A stretch of DNA of 64,000 nt, from the NCBI GenBank assembly GCA_051294375.1, contig CM119266.1, positions 25,840,161 through 25,904,160 on the forward strand, given 5' to 3'. Of this stretch, positions 1 to 47,736 are shown piece after piece. The notes beneath the pieces are model-generated. The model saw only the letters and a program-made list of their open reading frames with translations, did not search any database and had not been told where the DNA came from. Numbering within the stretch: the first letter of the stretch is position 1; every line of letters begins with the position of its first letter. This DNA is from Paraspadella gotoi. Its lineage: Eukaryota; Animalia; Chaetognatha. The translations under genes were made by a program, and so were the position numbers.

Positions 1-185
1 AAAGACACCGAGAGCTAAATGCCAAAATAAGCTTGGCCAAGGCCAGAGTACACTACGCGAGTTTCATGATAGAGGTCAAAAAATGCTATGAGTTTGGATT
101 TTTTCCGGAGGATAAATTGAGTCGTGTTTTTGGAGAAGATATAATCAAGAACGTCGAAATGGATCCGCCCATGCAGCAACTCATA

Positions 186-1114
186 CATGGTGACAATTTT
201 ATAAGCGCCGGTAAAAAAACGCTGTCATTTGAAAAACAGTGATTAGTTCATTGATTTTAAAATTTAGTTGAGTAGAAAATATTAAAGTCAAAATTTATAT
301 TGATCAGTTAAGATATGCCTTGACAATGAGTGGAGAAAGTTGGCTTGTAAAATCGGGTTTCATTTTCCAACTCACTTTTTTTAGATTCAATTTTTTTCTC
401 TTACTTTCAGTAAGTTTTCTGAAGAAATTTTAAATAAAATAATATTAATATTATTATCTTCTGAAAGCCCTTTCAAATTTAAAGAGAATGACATAGTTAC
501 AAATACTGTAGTATAAAATTTAACCGGCCCAGCTTTAATTTAATTAGGATACTCAAAAATAAAACATCTTTCCAAAAATTTAAGATTTTTATCAAATTGT
601 GATTGGGTATCTTAATATATATTTTTTTCAGGCTCTTTCATGATACTTATATAAATAATAATATTTTATGTTATAATAATTTAAACAAGTCATATATTTT
701 TAAAAAATATTTAAAATTTTAAATAATTCACTTTTGACTGTTATAATTGAACCAAGGCTGGGCAGCTTCATTTTTATGTTAGAGCTTTCGTAAGTATATC
801 ATTCTCTTCATTTTTTAAGGGCTTTCTGAGGATATTAATATTGTTAATATCTTAATAAATACTTTGTTTAAAAAAGTGCTAAAAGTTGAAAAAAAAATTG
901 AATTTAAAAACAGTGAGTTGGAAAATGAAACCCGATTTTACAAGCCAACTTTCTCCACTCATTGCCAAGGCATATATTCACTTATCAATATAAAATTTGA
1001 ACACATAAATTACTTTAATATTTTCTACTCGACTAATTTTTAAAATCAATGAAATAACCACTGGTTTGCCAATGAGAGCGTTTTTTTACCGGCGCTTGTA
1101 AAATTGTCACCATG
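186..1114. mobile_element. Long palindromic MITE/foldback element, Tc1/mariner-type (TA target duplication)
   Basis: Starts TA|CATGGTGACAATTTTATAAGCGCCGGTAAAAAAACGCT and ends AGCGTTTTTTTACCGGCGCTTGTAAAATTGTCACCATG|TA. The imperfect inverted arms run ~186-550 versus ~730-1114 (e.g. 326-374 matches the reverse complement of 913-963). No coding capacity. Confidence 0.85.
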
Positions 1115-1260
1115 TAAAAGCTAATTTCAAAAAAAATCCCTGCAAATTTGGAAAGGGTTGTCGAAATGATTCGTGCTTTAATTTGCATTAATTTATGTAA
1201 AAATTGAATATTTAGAAAGCAAAACTTTTGTAAAAGAATCATGTTTTTAATGTACTAGTT

Positions 1261-1493
1261 TTGAAAAGTAAATATTAATTTGACCTAACTCTTTTTTATA
1301 AAGGCGAGGTAAAGAGCAAGAAAATTGGTTATTCGGCGATAATACGTTCACTGTACTCTCTCTTCTTTTTCTCATACTTTCTTTCTCCACCTACGGTCAG
1401 CTCTTTTATTTCTTATTTTTCATTCAGAGCTAAGCAGTAAGCATTTCTTGTGGCATTTATCTATAATCATGTGCAACTAATTTTTAAATGAGC

Positions 1494-1530
<37 letters not shown>

Positions 1531-1745
1531 TACAGTGAACGTATTATCGCCGAATAACCATTTTTCTTGCTCTTTACCTCCCCTTTATAAAAAAGAGTTA
1601 GGTCAAATTAATATTTACTTTTCAACAGTCGAAAAGATGGAGTTATTCGTATTCCCTGAAGCTGAAGGAAAGAATGTTTCTGAAAACTAAGAAACAATGG
1701 ATAAAATCGCCATTACACTATCCTTATATTATTAATTATCTTTTT

Positions 1746-1792
<47 letters not shown>

Positions 1793-1921
1793 CTTCTTTT
1801 TATCAAACTTTTCTTTCTCCACTATGGTCAGTTCTTTTGTTTCTTATTTTTTCATTCGGAAGCTAAGCAGTAAGCATTCTTGTTTCATTTAAATCTATAT
1901 CATGTGCAACTGATTTTAACT

Positions 1922-1956
<35 letters not shown>

Positions 1957-2087
1957 CGAGAGAGAGACATTCAAGATTTAAGGATAGTTTAATGGCGATT
2001 TTATACCATTGTTTCTTAGTTTTCAGAAACATTCTTTCCTTCAGCTTCAGGGAGATACGAAATATCCATCTTTTTCGACTGTTGAAA
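1261..2087. mobile_element. Composite double inverted-repeat element A-X-A'-B-X-B'
   Basis: A (1261-1361) is the reverse complement of A' (1526-1625). B (1620-1726) is the reverse complement of B' (1976-2087). The two loops (~1360-1495 and ~1790-1922) are homologous direct copies, each bounded by (CT)n on the left and (GA)n on the right. Confidence 0.75.
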
Positions 2088-2322
2088 CTTCGTCTCCCGC
2101 CGGCGACGCTCACGATAATAATGACTTGCATAGCGGGCGGCGCTTAATCTCGCAGAGAGGCGAGGAAAGGAGGGGAGGAAAGGAGATAGGGATGAAGTGG
2201 AGCGAAAGAAATGAAAATGGGGAGTGAGAGGAAAGCAGGAAGAAAGGAAGGAGAAAAGGAGTGAGAAATAATTCACTTTGTCGGTCCGTCGGTCCTCCCC
2301 CTCAATATTGTCGGGCACTAAC

Positions 2323-2968
2323 TTATATCAATGTCAGAACATCGAATTATGATAAATTATGAAAAAAAATGATGTCCGTCCTGTCCGTCTTTTCAGCTTC
2401 CGTCCGTCGTCCGTCCCACCTTAGCAAAAAACACCAATTACTCGTGATTGGATGGATGGATTTGAATGAAATTTTGTGTGTGGTAGGGAGTGGGTGATTG
2501 AGCTGGATATAAGTTTCGATGATCGTCCGAGTGGAATGAGTTTAATGGAAAAAACAAAATATAATTCACTATTTGAAACACCATGCTCATGAGTGGATGG
2601 GGCGATTGACCTAGAATTTTGTATGTGAGTAGGAAAGTGTGTAATAGATTTAGATGAAATTTTGTGAGCGGAAGGAAAGTTTGTGAGAGAAGCTAGATAT
2701 AACGTTTGACGGAATTGTGCCAGTGGAAATGAGTTTAAATGGAAAAATATAAGTCACATTTACTTTTATTAAGGACATCGATGATGATAAGCTGTATATA
2801 AATTTCTATAATTAATTATTAGAACAAAGTTTGAAGAGAGATTTAACAACGATTATATATTTCAATTAATTATTAAATATTAAAATTAATTAATTAATAT
2901 AATCGATTAATTAATTAATTAATTAATTTTCGTAGGCAGATCCGACATTGTTTGCTCAAACTTGTTTA
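2323..2968 (+). mobile_element. Non-autonomous Helentron/DINE-1-like repeat, copy 1
   Basis: GTCCGTC microsatellite near the 5' end, internal degenerate repeats containing ATGAAATTTTGTG, and 3' end ACATTGTTTGCTCAAACTTGTTT. The same blocks recur at 3559-3670 and 4127-4148. Family assignment is inferred from this architecture. Confidence 0.5.
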
Positions 2969-2975
2969 TATTTTA

Positions 2976-3215
2976 GTCAACTTGCATAATTTGGTTAACA
3001 CTTCAATAATTTGGTAAACTTTCATAATTTGGTAAACTTTCATAATTTGGTAAACTTTCATAATTTATTCAACTTGCATAATTCAATCACTTGCATAATT
3101 TGGTCAAATTGCATAATTTTGTCAATTGCATAGTTTTGTCAACTGGCATAACTTGGTCAACAGGCATAAATTGGTCAATTTGCTTAATTTGGTCAACTTG
3201 TATAATTTGGTCAAC
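2976..3215. repeat. 18-bp minisatellite, consensus GGTCAACTTGCATAATTT, ~13 degenerate units
   Basis: Period 18 is directly visible (GG at 3013, 3031, 3049). Confidence 0.9.
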
Positions 3216-3542
3216 AATCAACTTAACAATTAGCTAATTATTAATTTTATCTGTGATAAATAGAAAGAGAAAAAGCGAGAGAAAGTGTGAAAAAAAATTT
3301 TTAAGAAAATTTAAGTAAATGTGACTTTTGTTTTTTTATTAAAACTCACTTTCACTTGCACACTTTTCTACCCATACTCGAAATTTTATCTTACTTCATC
3401 TATGAAATTTTAAATAGTAGAATAAAGAGTAGGATAGTTTTAATTTTTTAATTCACTTATAAAAAAAATAAAATAATTAATTAATNNNNNNNNNNATTCA
3501 CTTATAAAAAATAATAAATTAATTAATTAATTAATTAATTAT

Positions 3543-4148
3543 TAATATCAGTCTTTAAGTCCGTCCCACATTAGTATTAAACTCAAATTATTCGTGATTA
3601 GATAGATGGAATGAAATGAAATCTTGTGTGTGGATAGAAAAGTGTGTGATTGAGCTAGATATAAAGTTTTGCTCACTCTCTCTCTCAAACCGTCAGCCTC
3701 TCCTCAACAACGTGAGTTCATCTGAGGCAATCTACAAACTAACGATTATTAATTACAAAGCTTAAATGAAAAAATTTTATTTCATGATGTGGAACTCATT
3801 TAATGCTGATCATGAATTAAAAATCTTGATGAATATTTTTTTTGTTTTTTTTTGGTACCCTAAAATTCACTAAGTAGGTCTGTCGTTTACTGCCCATTAT
3901 TTGTTTATTTATAATTCATTTAATTCCTTTTTGAACATCAAATTATGAATATTTTTTTAAAAAATTATGTCTCTCTCTATCAGTCCATCAGTACTATGTC
4001 GATCAAAAAAAAAAGAAAAAAAAAGAAAAAAAAAGAAAAAAAAGAAAAAGAAAAAAAAAGAAATAAAAAAAAGAAGATAGATGACTGATTAGCTTCTTAC
4101 CACTAAATTATTGTGGCCACGTCATACATTGTTTGCTCAAACTTGTTT
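3543..4148 (+). mobile_element. Helentron/DINE-1-like repeat, copy 2 (rearranged)
   Basis: 3559-3670 is homologous to 2408-2516, and it has the same terminal ACATTGTTTGCTCAAACTTGTTT at 4127-4148. Confidence 0.45.
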
Positions 4149-4507
4149 CTATATATTTTAATTGAAATAAAAAAATTGGGTTTAAAAATATAAATATTAT
4201 AATTTTTAAATAAAATATGGAATAAATGAGTTAACAATAATTTTAAAAAAATATATATTTTTTTCGGTTACATGAAACAAGTCTTGAAAGAGAGAGAGAG
4301 AGAAAGAGATAGAGAAAGAGAAAAAAAGATAGAGAAAAAGAAAAAGAAAAAGAAAAAGAAAAAGAAAAAGAAAAAGAAAAAGAGAAAAAGAAAGAAAAAG
4401 AGAGAGAGAGAGAGAGAGAAAGAAAGAAAAAGGGAGAGATATTCTCAGATACAATAACATAGTCAGAAAATATATTTTCTCATCTGAACTTTGCTCTCTC
4501 CTTAACT

Positions 4508-4673
4508 CGCCCCTGGGGGAGCACTTTTTTGCTCCCCAAGGGGTTACCCCCAGGGGCAGACTTTTTTTGGCCCCATTGGGTCTATTAGGGGCGCCCCCTC
4601 AATGACCATTTTACTGCTCCCCCTGGAATAGTCTGCCCCCTGGGGCCGCCCCTTGAGCCACCCCGCGGGGCGG
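4508..4673. repeat. GC-rich cluster of short palindromes (CCCC/GGGG blocks), likely MITE remnant
   Basis: e.g. GGGGAGCACTTTTTTGCTCCCC hairpin; CCCCAGGGGCAGAC (4548-4561) is near-inverse of GTCTGCCCCCTGGGG (4631-4645). Confidence 0.5.
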
Positions 4674-5304
4674 AGGATTTGGGAGATGACATATCTCAAG
4701 AGCCTGGAGAAGAGATAGTTTAAAGATAGTTTAAAGCATCGAAAATAGAAACTTGTTGAAAAATATGGGAAAAAGATGAAGTCATAGTCGTATCTTTTAG
4801 GAAAATTAAACAATGCATTATGTTTCTCTGAGTTCGTCGTCATTTCCTTTTTTTTACAAAACAAAGGACAATCGCAATGCGCATTGTGCAATGAAGACAA
4901 GGATTCTTCAAAACCTTAAATTGTTTTAGCCGTTGAAACAAGGGATCCTGCCGAAGTTTGGCGACAGACCAGAATATTTTCCTTTGGAGCCTCGTTCCAG
5001 ATTCCTACGGTTTCCCGGCGTTCTCGCGGCCGATCGCGTCCTATGATGGTCTTGCGGAAGAACATGCGCCGACCTTGATTTTTGTGAGAACGATTCGAAA
5101 CTTAACTTGAAATACCAACAAGGAAATCACACCTCGTACGTGCGCGGGAATTACAAAAGAGACTCAATCGAATCCAATTTTAATCTGGCTAGATTTTTTT
5201 TTAATTTTTTTTTTTTTTTTTTTATCTGAGCTTCGTCTTTTCATGACAACTGACAGAGGCCAAACGAGGTTTCGTCTCCCGTTTGTCATCGTTATGTCAT
5301 CGTT

Positions 5305-5473
5305 ATGTCATCATCGTATCATACAATATCAAGGATATGGTCTGTATTACCGTCGTCGTCGATCCGATCCTGGACGTTTGAAATTTCCGTGGGGGCTCTC
5401 CACTCTCACAAAGAGGCATGGCGACCCTCGCTCCTCTCGGTCACTTCAAGCCTTCTTTTATTTTTAGTCAGAG
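5305..5473 (+). CDS. Candidate first coding exon (signal-peptide-like end) of the CUB-LDLa-TM gene
   Basis: Open frame from ATG 5305 ending ...WRPSLLSVTSSLLLFLVR, with consensus donor AG|GTGAGT in phase 1 matching the exon at 11626. The leader is atypically long, so this is uncertain. Confidence 0.4.
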
Positions 5474-7927
5474 GTGAGTGATTGAAGGGATATTCTCAGG
5501 TCATTCTTACTGACCACTACGGGTCGCAAAGTACAAAGACTTCTTCGTCGTCTTCGTCGTTGTATTCGTCGTCGTCGTTTAAATTATTTGAGTTCCCAAA
5601 TTGGCCTTATTTTTCCAGAACCCCCCCATTTAATCTTCAATTGAAAATTAGGTTAATTTTTTATTTTAAGTTTCTCTCTTTTCGTTGCAAACAACGATTT
5701 TTAATTGACAAAATAGTCGGACATATTTCGACTCTTGTTTTTGAGAGTCTTCATCAGTGTTTTACTTTGACAAGATTTACTCTGCAAACCTTCTGTTAGA
5801 GAGAGAGAGAGAGAGAGTTTCCAACAAAGAATTGAGTAAAGGTTAGTGGTCAGATGTGAGGTTAATTTTTTAAATTAAAAATTAGGTCTAGACATTCGAT
5901 TAAAGGTTAAGGTTATTTAGATTAAATATCAAGGTTAAAATTAAATTCCGGGATAAAGGAACTGAAGACAGCTGAGTGAAGTAGGTTTAAGTTTATATTT
6001 TCTCCGTTACCTTCTTTCTTTCGTGACTCATCCTTTCTTTATTTTCTCCTTTCTTATCTTAGTCCCTCTTTTTTCTTTAAAAAAAAGCTCTTTTACTTTT
6101 TTATTTTTTTAGCCATTCGTCCTGGGAAAGCAAGGTGCAGGAACGAAACTACTTTATCTCTTATTTTATTTCACTTGTTTTTGCATTTTTATCTTTTCTC
6201 TTCTTTTTTTTTTCCCCGCGCGATTGAGATGGCGCTTGTTTTTTAACCGATGCCCCCGCGAAAAGTAAACAAAACGTTACTATTTATTTCCCATCGTTCG
6301 TTTTATAACTATAGTAAAAACATTATGCGCCTCGAAAAATTATGAACGAACTAAGAAAAGGGACGGGAACGAGCGGGAGAAACGAATAACATTCGCTGCT
6401 CATAACAACTTGTTGTTTTGATTCTTTCTTCGGTGAAAAAAGGCGAAGGGCTTTTTGAAAAACAACCGCCCATGGCTGTCGTCAGCGGAGTCGTCGTCGT
6501 CGTCGACATCGTTGTTAACTTCTCAATCGTCTTGCGTCGTTGTTGTTGTTCTGTTGTTGCTGTTGTTGCTAAATCAGGCGGGACAGTGAATTTCTTATGA
6601 GAAGTAAATATTTTCTGAGAGCATTTATACGATTGACATTAATTTTCAATAAACTCATTTAACCGCCTGTATAAATAATATAAAAAATAAAAATAATAAA
6701 TAAAATCTTTATGTGAAAGAATCACAGAAATAAATTAAAAATTAAACGAATAAGTACAATTAGATAAAAACCTGTCTTCATTTGAAAAAATATACACATC
6801 ATTCCAGTTCCCTTCAATGTCGTTGTCATCATCGTTTGTGTCGTCGTCGTCTTCATCGTCGTCGTCTTCATCGTCCTCGTTTGTGTCATCGTCGTTGTTC
6901 CTGTGAGAAAATATTCCTTATCGTCCGCTACGTATTTCAAAACTTCTATTTTTCAAAAACTTTTTTCTTTCTTTCTTTCGTTTTTTTTTAAGAGATGAAC
7001 GACTACTTCGTACATTTCAATCAGGCTTACAATAGTCAATACGATTCGATTAAGCGGTAAAAGTTTGAAACTTTATTTACTACGAATTAATCATTGATGA
7101 CGATTTCGTCGCCGCTGCTTTGAATTAATGAATAGGTTTGGCGGGAAATTTAATAAATATTTTTTCCCGGCCAAATTTTTTGGGGAGTGAGAAAAAGGGA
7201 GGGAGGGAGAGAAGGAGAGAAGAGAGAGAGAGAGAGAGAGAGAGGAGAAGAGAGAGAGAGAGAAGAGAGAGAAGGTTTGCAAGACGCGTTGGGCCTTGGG
7301 CGAGATCAGGATCGGACTCATCCCTGCCCGTCCTCACCTCCTCCACCTCCAAATCCCTTCAACACCCCATCGGGCCCCCTTCCCTCGACCAGCATCCGTT
7401 TTTAATGAACATCTAGATCGGGTTTCTGTCTTGCGAGAGAAAAACCACTTTTCTTTGCCAAAGATAAAAACTAAAAAAGATAGCAATGAAAAAAATATTG
7501 GATGCCGATGAATTTTGATTGGTTTTCACGGAGCGGCACACTTCTGATATAGAAAAATTCGAGAAGAAATGACTTAGACCGATAGGTTTTATATGTTTAT
7601 CTTAAATCTTTGAATTACAATTCGTTTTTGTTATTTGTATTGTATTTTGACTTTCTTTTTTGCTATTTAAAATAGTTTAGAGATGAAACGAAAAATTCGT
7701 TGTAATAGCAATTTTTATTTTTATTATTGTACATGTTTCGACTCTTAGTGTTACGAGTCTTCAGCATCAGCATTAAATATTCAACTACCACGATTGTGCA
7801 GATCAACTTTTGTTTACGGTTTCGGTTCGCTCGTAACTCGTAACCCAGGCAACAACCAAAGAAAAAAAATCAACAACTCTCGACAACGCGACAACGCAAA
7901 AAACGAAAATAAACAAAAAGGACAACA

Positions 7928-7975
<48 letters not shown>

Positions 7976-9852
7976 CGACCACGACGACGACAAGTGGCAG
8001 ACGCTACAAAGTCGCCAAATAAAAAAAGCGTGAGAGGTTATTCTCTCTTCACGCAACAGTAAACGTGAAAAGCTTAAAGCTTTAATCAGTCGGTGCTGAC
8101 TCTTGCAACTTTTTGTATCGGAGAAGCGAAGAGAAGGAGAGGCCACGGGGGGGGGAAGAAGTTTCCAATGGAATTACGGGGGTGTGAATGGTTTTGGGCG
8201 GGTGAACGAATTGTAGGATGAGTCTGTTGAGTAAGTCAAGTGGGGGGCTGGGAGAGATAGAAAAGGGTAAGGGAAAGAAATCAAGGAAACATAAGGAAAG
8301 GTGGCCAACTTTATCAATTCATGAACGAGAAAATAAACTGGAAATTGTCGGAGCGACGACCAGGTACAAAGTAAGGTGAAGGAATTTCCATTCACTTTTT
8401 GCGAGAGAAAGAAAACGGATTCGAAATGTGAATTTTAAAAAAAACCTGTTTGATTTCACGCGAGATTTTTTTTTCCTTTTCTTTTTCTACTTTTCTCCTT
8501 TTCTTTTTTCTTTCTTTCCTAATGATTTATCGTCTTTCCACTTTGAAGAGAAGGTTTCTGACAAGAAAAAAAAATCTTCACTCGTTTTTATCTGCCTCCA
8601 ATCCAATCCTGGTCACGTTGGGATTCCAATCACGGGTCAAAGACAGAAGGAACCGCGGTTCGGTCGGTCTTGGACTTACTAGCTCATCTCCTTTTCAGTG
8701 TCAATCGATCATTACGCGTCTTCGTGACTCGTGACTTTTGCGTATTTCTTACGTCGTTAATTATTATTACATTTTACGAAACTATCGTAAGTAAATTCGT
8801 ATGGGATTCCGCAGTGTTTTACGACTTATCGAGAAAATCCCTATACTTCCGGCATTTAGACCGGCGCTACCCAAAGACCCTTTCCGGCGCAACCCCGTTC
8901 GGCATCCGCACGTGCCGAGCGCACGTTTCGACTCGAACGTGCGATTTCCCCACGCGCATCTCTAGCCTCGTTGCGGATTCTAAAGACGCCGCGTTTTCCG
9001 CAAGCCGCCGCTCAAAAGGAAAAGAGGGAGGCTGAAAATTCTTCACTTATCTCTGAAAATTTACCCTTTTATACAATTTACAGTTTGAAATGGAACGAAA
9101 TATCAAAAATACTCAACTTTACGTTTACTAAAACTATAAAATGCCTCCGCCAATGAAAAAAAAAAGGTTTTATTCATATCGAAACAAACGCAAAAAAGAA
9201 GGCCGTACGAAAAACTTTGGAATGAATGGAAAAAGTCGTGGGGAAGAACCAGGCTTGACTGTCGTGGTTGCTGTTGTTGGTTTGGCTGTTGTTGTTGTTA
9301 CACTTCATCAATATCGGATGAGTTTGGCCTCGGTCGTTCTATTCAGGGCAAATTTAAGGGGAAGAGAAAAAAGTCGGAAACGAAGATGCAAGAAAAAACT
9401 TAGATGAGATGTTCACGAGTACTACATATATTGTTTTACATCAAAATGATGTATTAAATTTTAAAACTTCAGAAATTTTTTTTTTAAATATATTTGGTGT
9501 CGATTTTAGATTTATTTTGAAAATAACAATAAGATTTTCCGATTACCGACCATCACTAATCGGGTTTAGAGCTTGACATTTGTTTTAGCTCTTTCGTCGC
9601 CCGCTAAAAAAAATAAAAATAATCCGTGAGTGACGGTGAATTTTTGTGCCATAAAATATCCAGTTCAGAGAAAAGGCTTGGAAATAATTTCGGATTCTGA
9701 ATGCGATTCGAGCGATTTTCTCGAATCTACTTGGGCGTTATGATCCGCCCTCTGTCGCCAACAAACCTTACCATTTCCTTACCCCATTCACGCTCTCCAC
9801 CTCCCTCTACGTCGCCCACGCCCTCTCTCTCTCTCTCTCTCGTCTCTCCTCT

Positions 9853-9915
<63 letters not shown>

Positions 9916-11625
9916 GCACTCATAGATTTTGAAGGTCGATTAAAACGACATTTTCTTCAAAGGTTTTTCTCTCTCCTTTTATTTTCTCTCACTTTGCGTT
10001 TTTCTTCTTTGATTTTTTTTTTCTTCTTCTTACTACTGGTTTTTCTTCCCACTCTCCTTTTTCAATCTGTTACTGCTTGAATTTTATTATTTCAAAGGTT
10101 TTTTTTCGCCTTTTACTTAATTCGCCATCTTTTATTTTGACATTCTTTTCTTAATATCTTAAAGTATTTTATCGATTCGTTAAAGGTACAAATGACGTGG
10201 AGATGTAAAAATAGATTAGTGGGTCGTATACTCAACTTTTTTATGTATTAAATATACTCCCCTTGCTTAGAAAATCTCGGGATCATTGACGTTTTGAAAG
10301 TATTTTTATTCTCTTTAAATTCCTCCTCCTCCTCCTCCTCTTCTTTCTCCTCCTCATCCACAACACTCTCAACATAATCCTTTTCGACGATCTCATAATA
10401 TTTTCATATCTCGATTTTCCCGCCAAACCGTTATCCCCCCCCCCGCGCCCGTCAGAACGCCGCCCTCTCTTCCAACAACACCTCAGCCCACATTCTCCGA
10501 CCGTCTTCCAACAGGCCTGCCCCTTACCCCCCCACCCCATAGCCACTCCCCCTCAACCACTCCACCCCTCTTCCCTCGCTCCAACGCTCGCACTCGGCCG
10601 GGCGGAGCTTCGGTCTCGAGATGTACAGTAATTAATTATTAACGCTAAATTACAGCGGAACCCGATTTTTTTTTTCTCGAATCGGAGGCGTGAGGAAGGA
10701 CGCGAGTCTCTGCTTTAAAAAATCGAGAAAATATATCAGTTTTATTTAACTTATCGTTCCGTTTAATGTAGTAGTTGAAGTTGAAGATACAGTATTATCA
10801 TATTATATCATATCATTATCATATTATCATATCCTGCTTCGGTGTGACGATACGGTGACGCAATTGTGACGCGAGTTGGAAACGAATTCTCTGGGGAGAT
10901 TCCGTCAACGAGATGAGTTTACATTTTGATGGCCGCAGTAAAAAAACGAGAATATAGTATCGCGAATTACCGAGAGGAAAAATGTATTTGTTTACGTTAT
11001 TTAATAACTAATGTATCAGGGAGGGAGGAAGCGAATCAAAATCAGTAAAATAGCTTTAGTGTAAATGTGATATTATTGTTTAATTTGTTTTGGACTAATC
11101 TTTTCGTTGCGTTTGAGATCAGAATCAAAATACGTAAAACATTTTAGTTTTGTTATTAATTATCATGAAGGCTAACAAATTAACCGAAACAAGTACATAC
11201 GTTTTCTTCTTTCAAAATACAAATAAATTTGTTGTCTGCAAATTAAACGAGAATTTTTCATTTGATTTCAGTATAAATTTAAAAAAAAATAGAAACTACA
11301 AACATAGTCATCTTTAATCTCTCTACCTCATGATTATGTAATTTTAACCATTGGAATTAGTTTAACTAAGAATAAAAAGAATTAACCAATAACTAATAAC
11401 CATAGGAAAATTACCTCATTAATTTTCTAATTATCTAATTAATTGCTAACAATAAAAAAAAACAATCGTAAGGTCACCTTACCACTGAACTACTTATATT
11501 TAATTAAAAAAATAACCTCAGAGCTTTCCAGCCCCCCCCCCCCAAAAAAAAAGCGGGCACGCACAACCGATGCTAATTAAAGCTTCGTCTCGTCTTGACC
11601 TTTTGTTTTTTTTTCCCTCTTCCAG

Positions 11626-45718
<34,093 letters not shown>

Positions 45719-46905
45719 TGAAGGCGAATGAACAAAAGAACAAATAAAAAGACTTTAAAATAAAAACTTTATAAAAACCTTTTATCGGTGCTCTCTACCC
45801 AGTCGTTACGGTGCAGTATAAACTTTTGTCCGTAAACGATGGATGAACGGACATCCTGATCTCGATTATTACATGTTCACTCTTGGATCGTGCTGTTTTT
45901 TATACAAAAAAAAAGAAACGAAAAAAACAAAAACATATCTCTTTCTCTTTTCTTCGTTTTCATTTCGTCCGCATATCATCGCCAGTTTCGTTTTAAAATA
46001 AAACCCTCGGCGATCAGTGATTCAAATTCAATACAATTTTTGTTTGTATGTTTGTTTTATTCTTTCAAAACAAACAATTCGCTTTTCTTATTTCGACCGA
46101 TTGTAATCATCGTGAAATAAATCTCGTCGTACCAAAACAAAAAAAAACCTGTTTTTTTATTACTTCAGCTCCTCGACATTTTTTTAGAAATAAATATCCA
46201 ATGTTCTATAAAAAACTCTTTTTTATTGTCTCTAAATATTTCAATACTTCAGGCTATCAAAGTTATTAATCATTAGCTAATCGCGTTTAATTAACGATGC
46301 GAATGATAAACCTGGAAATGACTTTTATGTTCCCTATTTTTAACTTTATCAAGATAATTGATAAAACTTAATTTCAGTCGGGTGCATCGCGTAATATCCA
46401 AGAAGAAAGACAAGAAAGACAAGAAAAAAGACAATTTATAAATTCATCTGTTATAATAATAATAAACTAACTAATATACATTTTTAGGTTTACTTTTGAC
46501 TAAACTGCTACCAAAACAGGAAATAGAAGCAAAGTAACTTCTAGCAAGATGCAAATGGAACGAGAAGCATTCAAAGATTTTTTTTCGATATTCAGTTGCA
46601 GCCAATATAAAATACTTGCGTATAAGGCAGCCAATGAAAATCGTTATCTGTTTGGTTCGGTCCTTTTTTTTTCCTTTTAGGTCTGAACTAAAAATAAAAT
46701 ACGACAGATATTATTTTTTTGTGACTCTTGATTTGTTTATTTTTTGCTTTTTTCCTTTTTTACCTTTTTTTTGTTTGAGATGTAATGAAAGAAATTAAAT
46801 TAATTCATACATCGATGGATGTCATGTGAAAAATCTTTTTTAATGTTTTCTATTCGCCGCCGCCAGATGTCGAGGACGCTTTTGGGAATCGCGCTTGTCG
46901 TCCTC

Positions 46906-46919
46906 GTTGCCATGACAAC
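46906..46919. promoter_or_regulatory. RFX X-box motif GTTGCCATGACAAC
   Basis: 13/14 match to the palindromic X-box consensus GTTGCCATGGCAAC, with an extra half-site GTTGCCAAGG at 46923, in a local GC island. Confidence 0.55.
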
Positions 46920-47620
46920 GGCGTTGCCAAGGCCGAATGAGAGTAACGGTAAAAATATCGCGTTTTTTAAAGTCATTTGACGATAAAATTAAGGGAAAAA
47001 TTAAAGGGAAAATGATAAGTAACTGCAACCAGATCGGAGAGAATCGACATTTCAAAACTTATATCTTAATTTTCAAAGGTACTTAAAATCTAATATCCTG
47101 TAATTCCAAGTTTTATGTTTTAGCCTTGACCCGAGCAAAAAGGGGAAAAAAAGTAATTGTTTCTTTTGGTTAAATGAATGTTCTAACCCGAAGGTTAATG
47201 ACAGACAAAAAATGCTGTGCACGAAAAAAAAAATCTTTTTAGGGCAAAAAAATTTAATTATATAGCATACAAAATTCAAAGATAAATTCAAACAGATTGT
47301 TTGCTCGAATAGATTTTTATTTTTTGAAAGTGAAAAACATAGCAAAGTGCAGATTACATAATAATCGATCTATTAATTAAAAAAAATAGAAAAATAGAAA
47401 AATAGAAAAATAGAAAAATATTGAGTCACCGTATGCAAAAATCTTGTATATCTTTTAACTGTCAAGGACAACGACGACGACGAAAATGACGACAACGACG
47501 ACGACGAAAATGACGACAACATCGACGACGACTTCGCCGACAATCAATGTAGCGTAAATTTCGTTTCGTCTTTCGTCTAAAAATAGACTCCATTCGGCTC
47601 ATTTCTAATTTCCTGTTGGG

Positions 47621-47736
<116 letters not shown>

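Noticed and set aside
2976-3215. CRISPR-like periodic repeat
   Set aside because: Head-to-tail 18-mers with no unique spacers, in eukaryotic context with no cas genes.
3451-3535. Duplicated ATTCACTTATAAAAA block either side of a 10-N gap
   Set aside because: Most likely an unmerged contig overlap.
7137-7175. E2F-like TTTGGCGGGAAA with imperfect inverse copy (also ~10416 and ~17249)
   Set aside because: Short motifs without TSS evidence; cannot be distinguished from chance.
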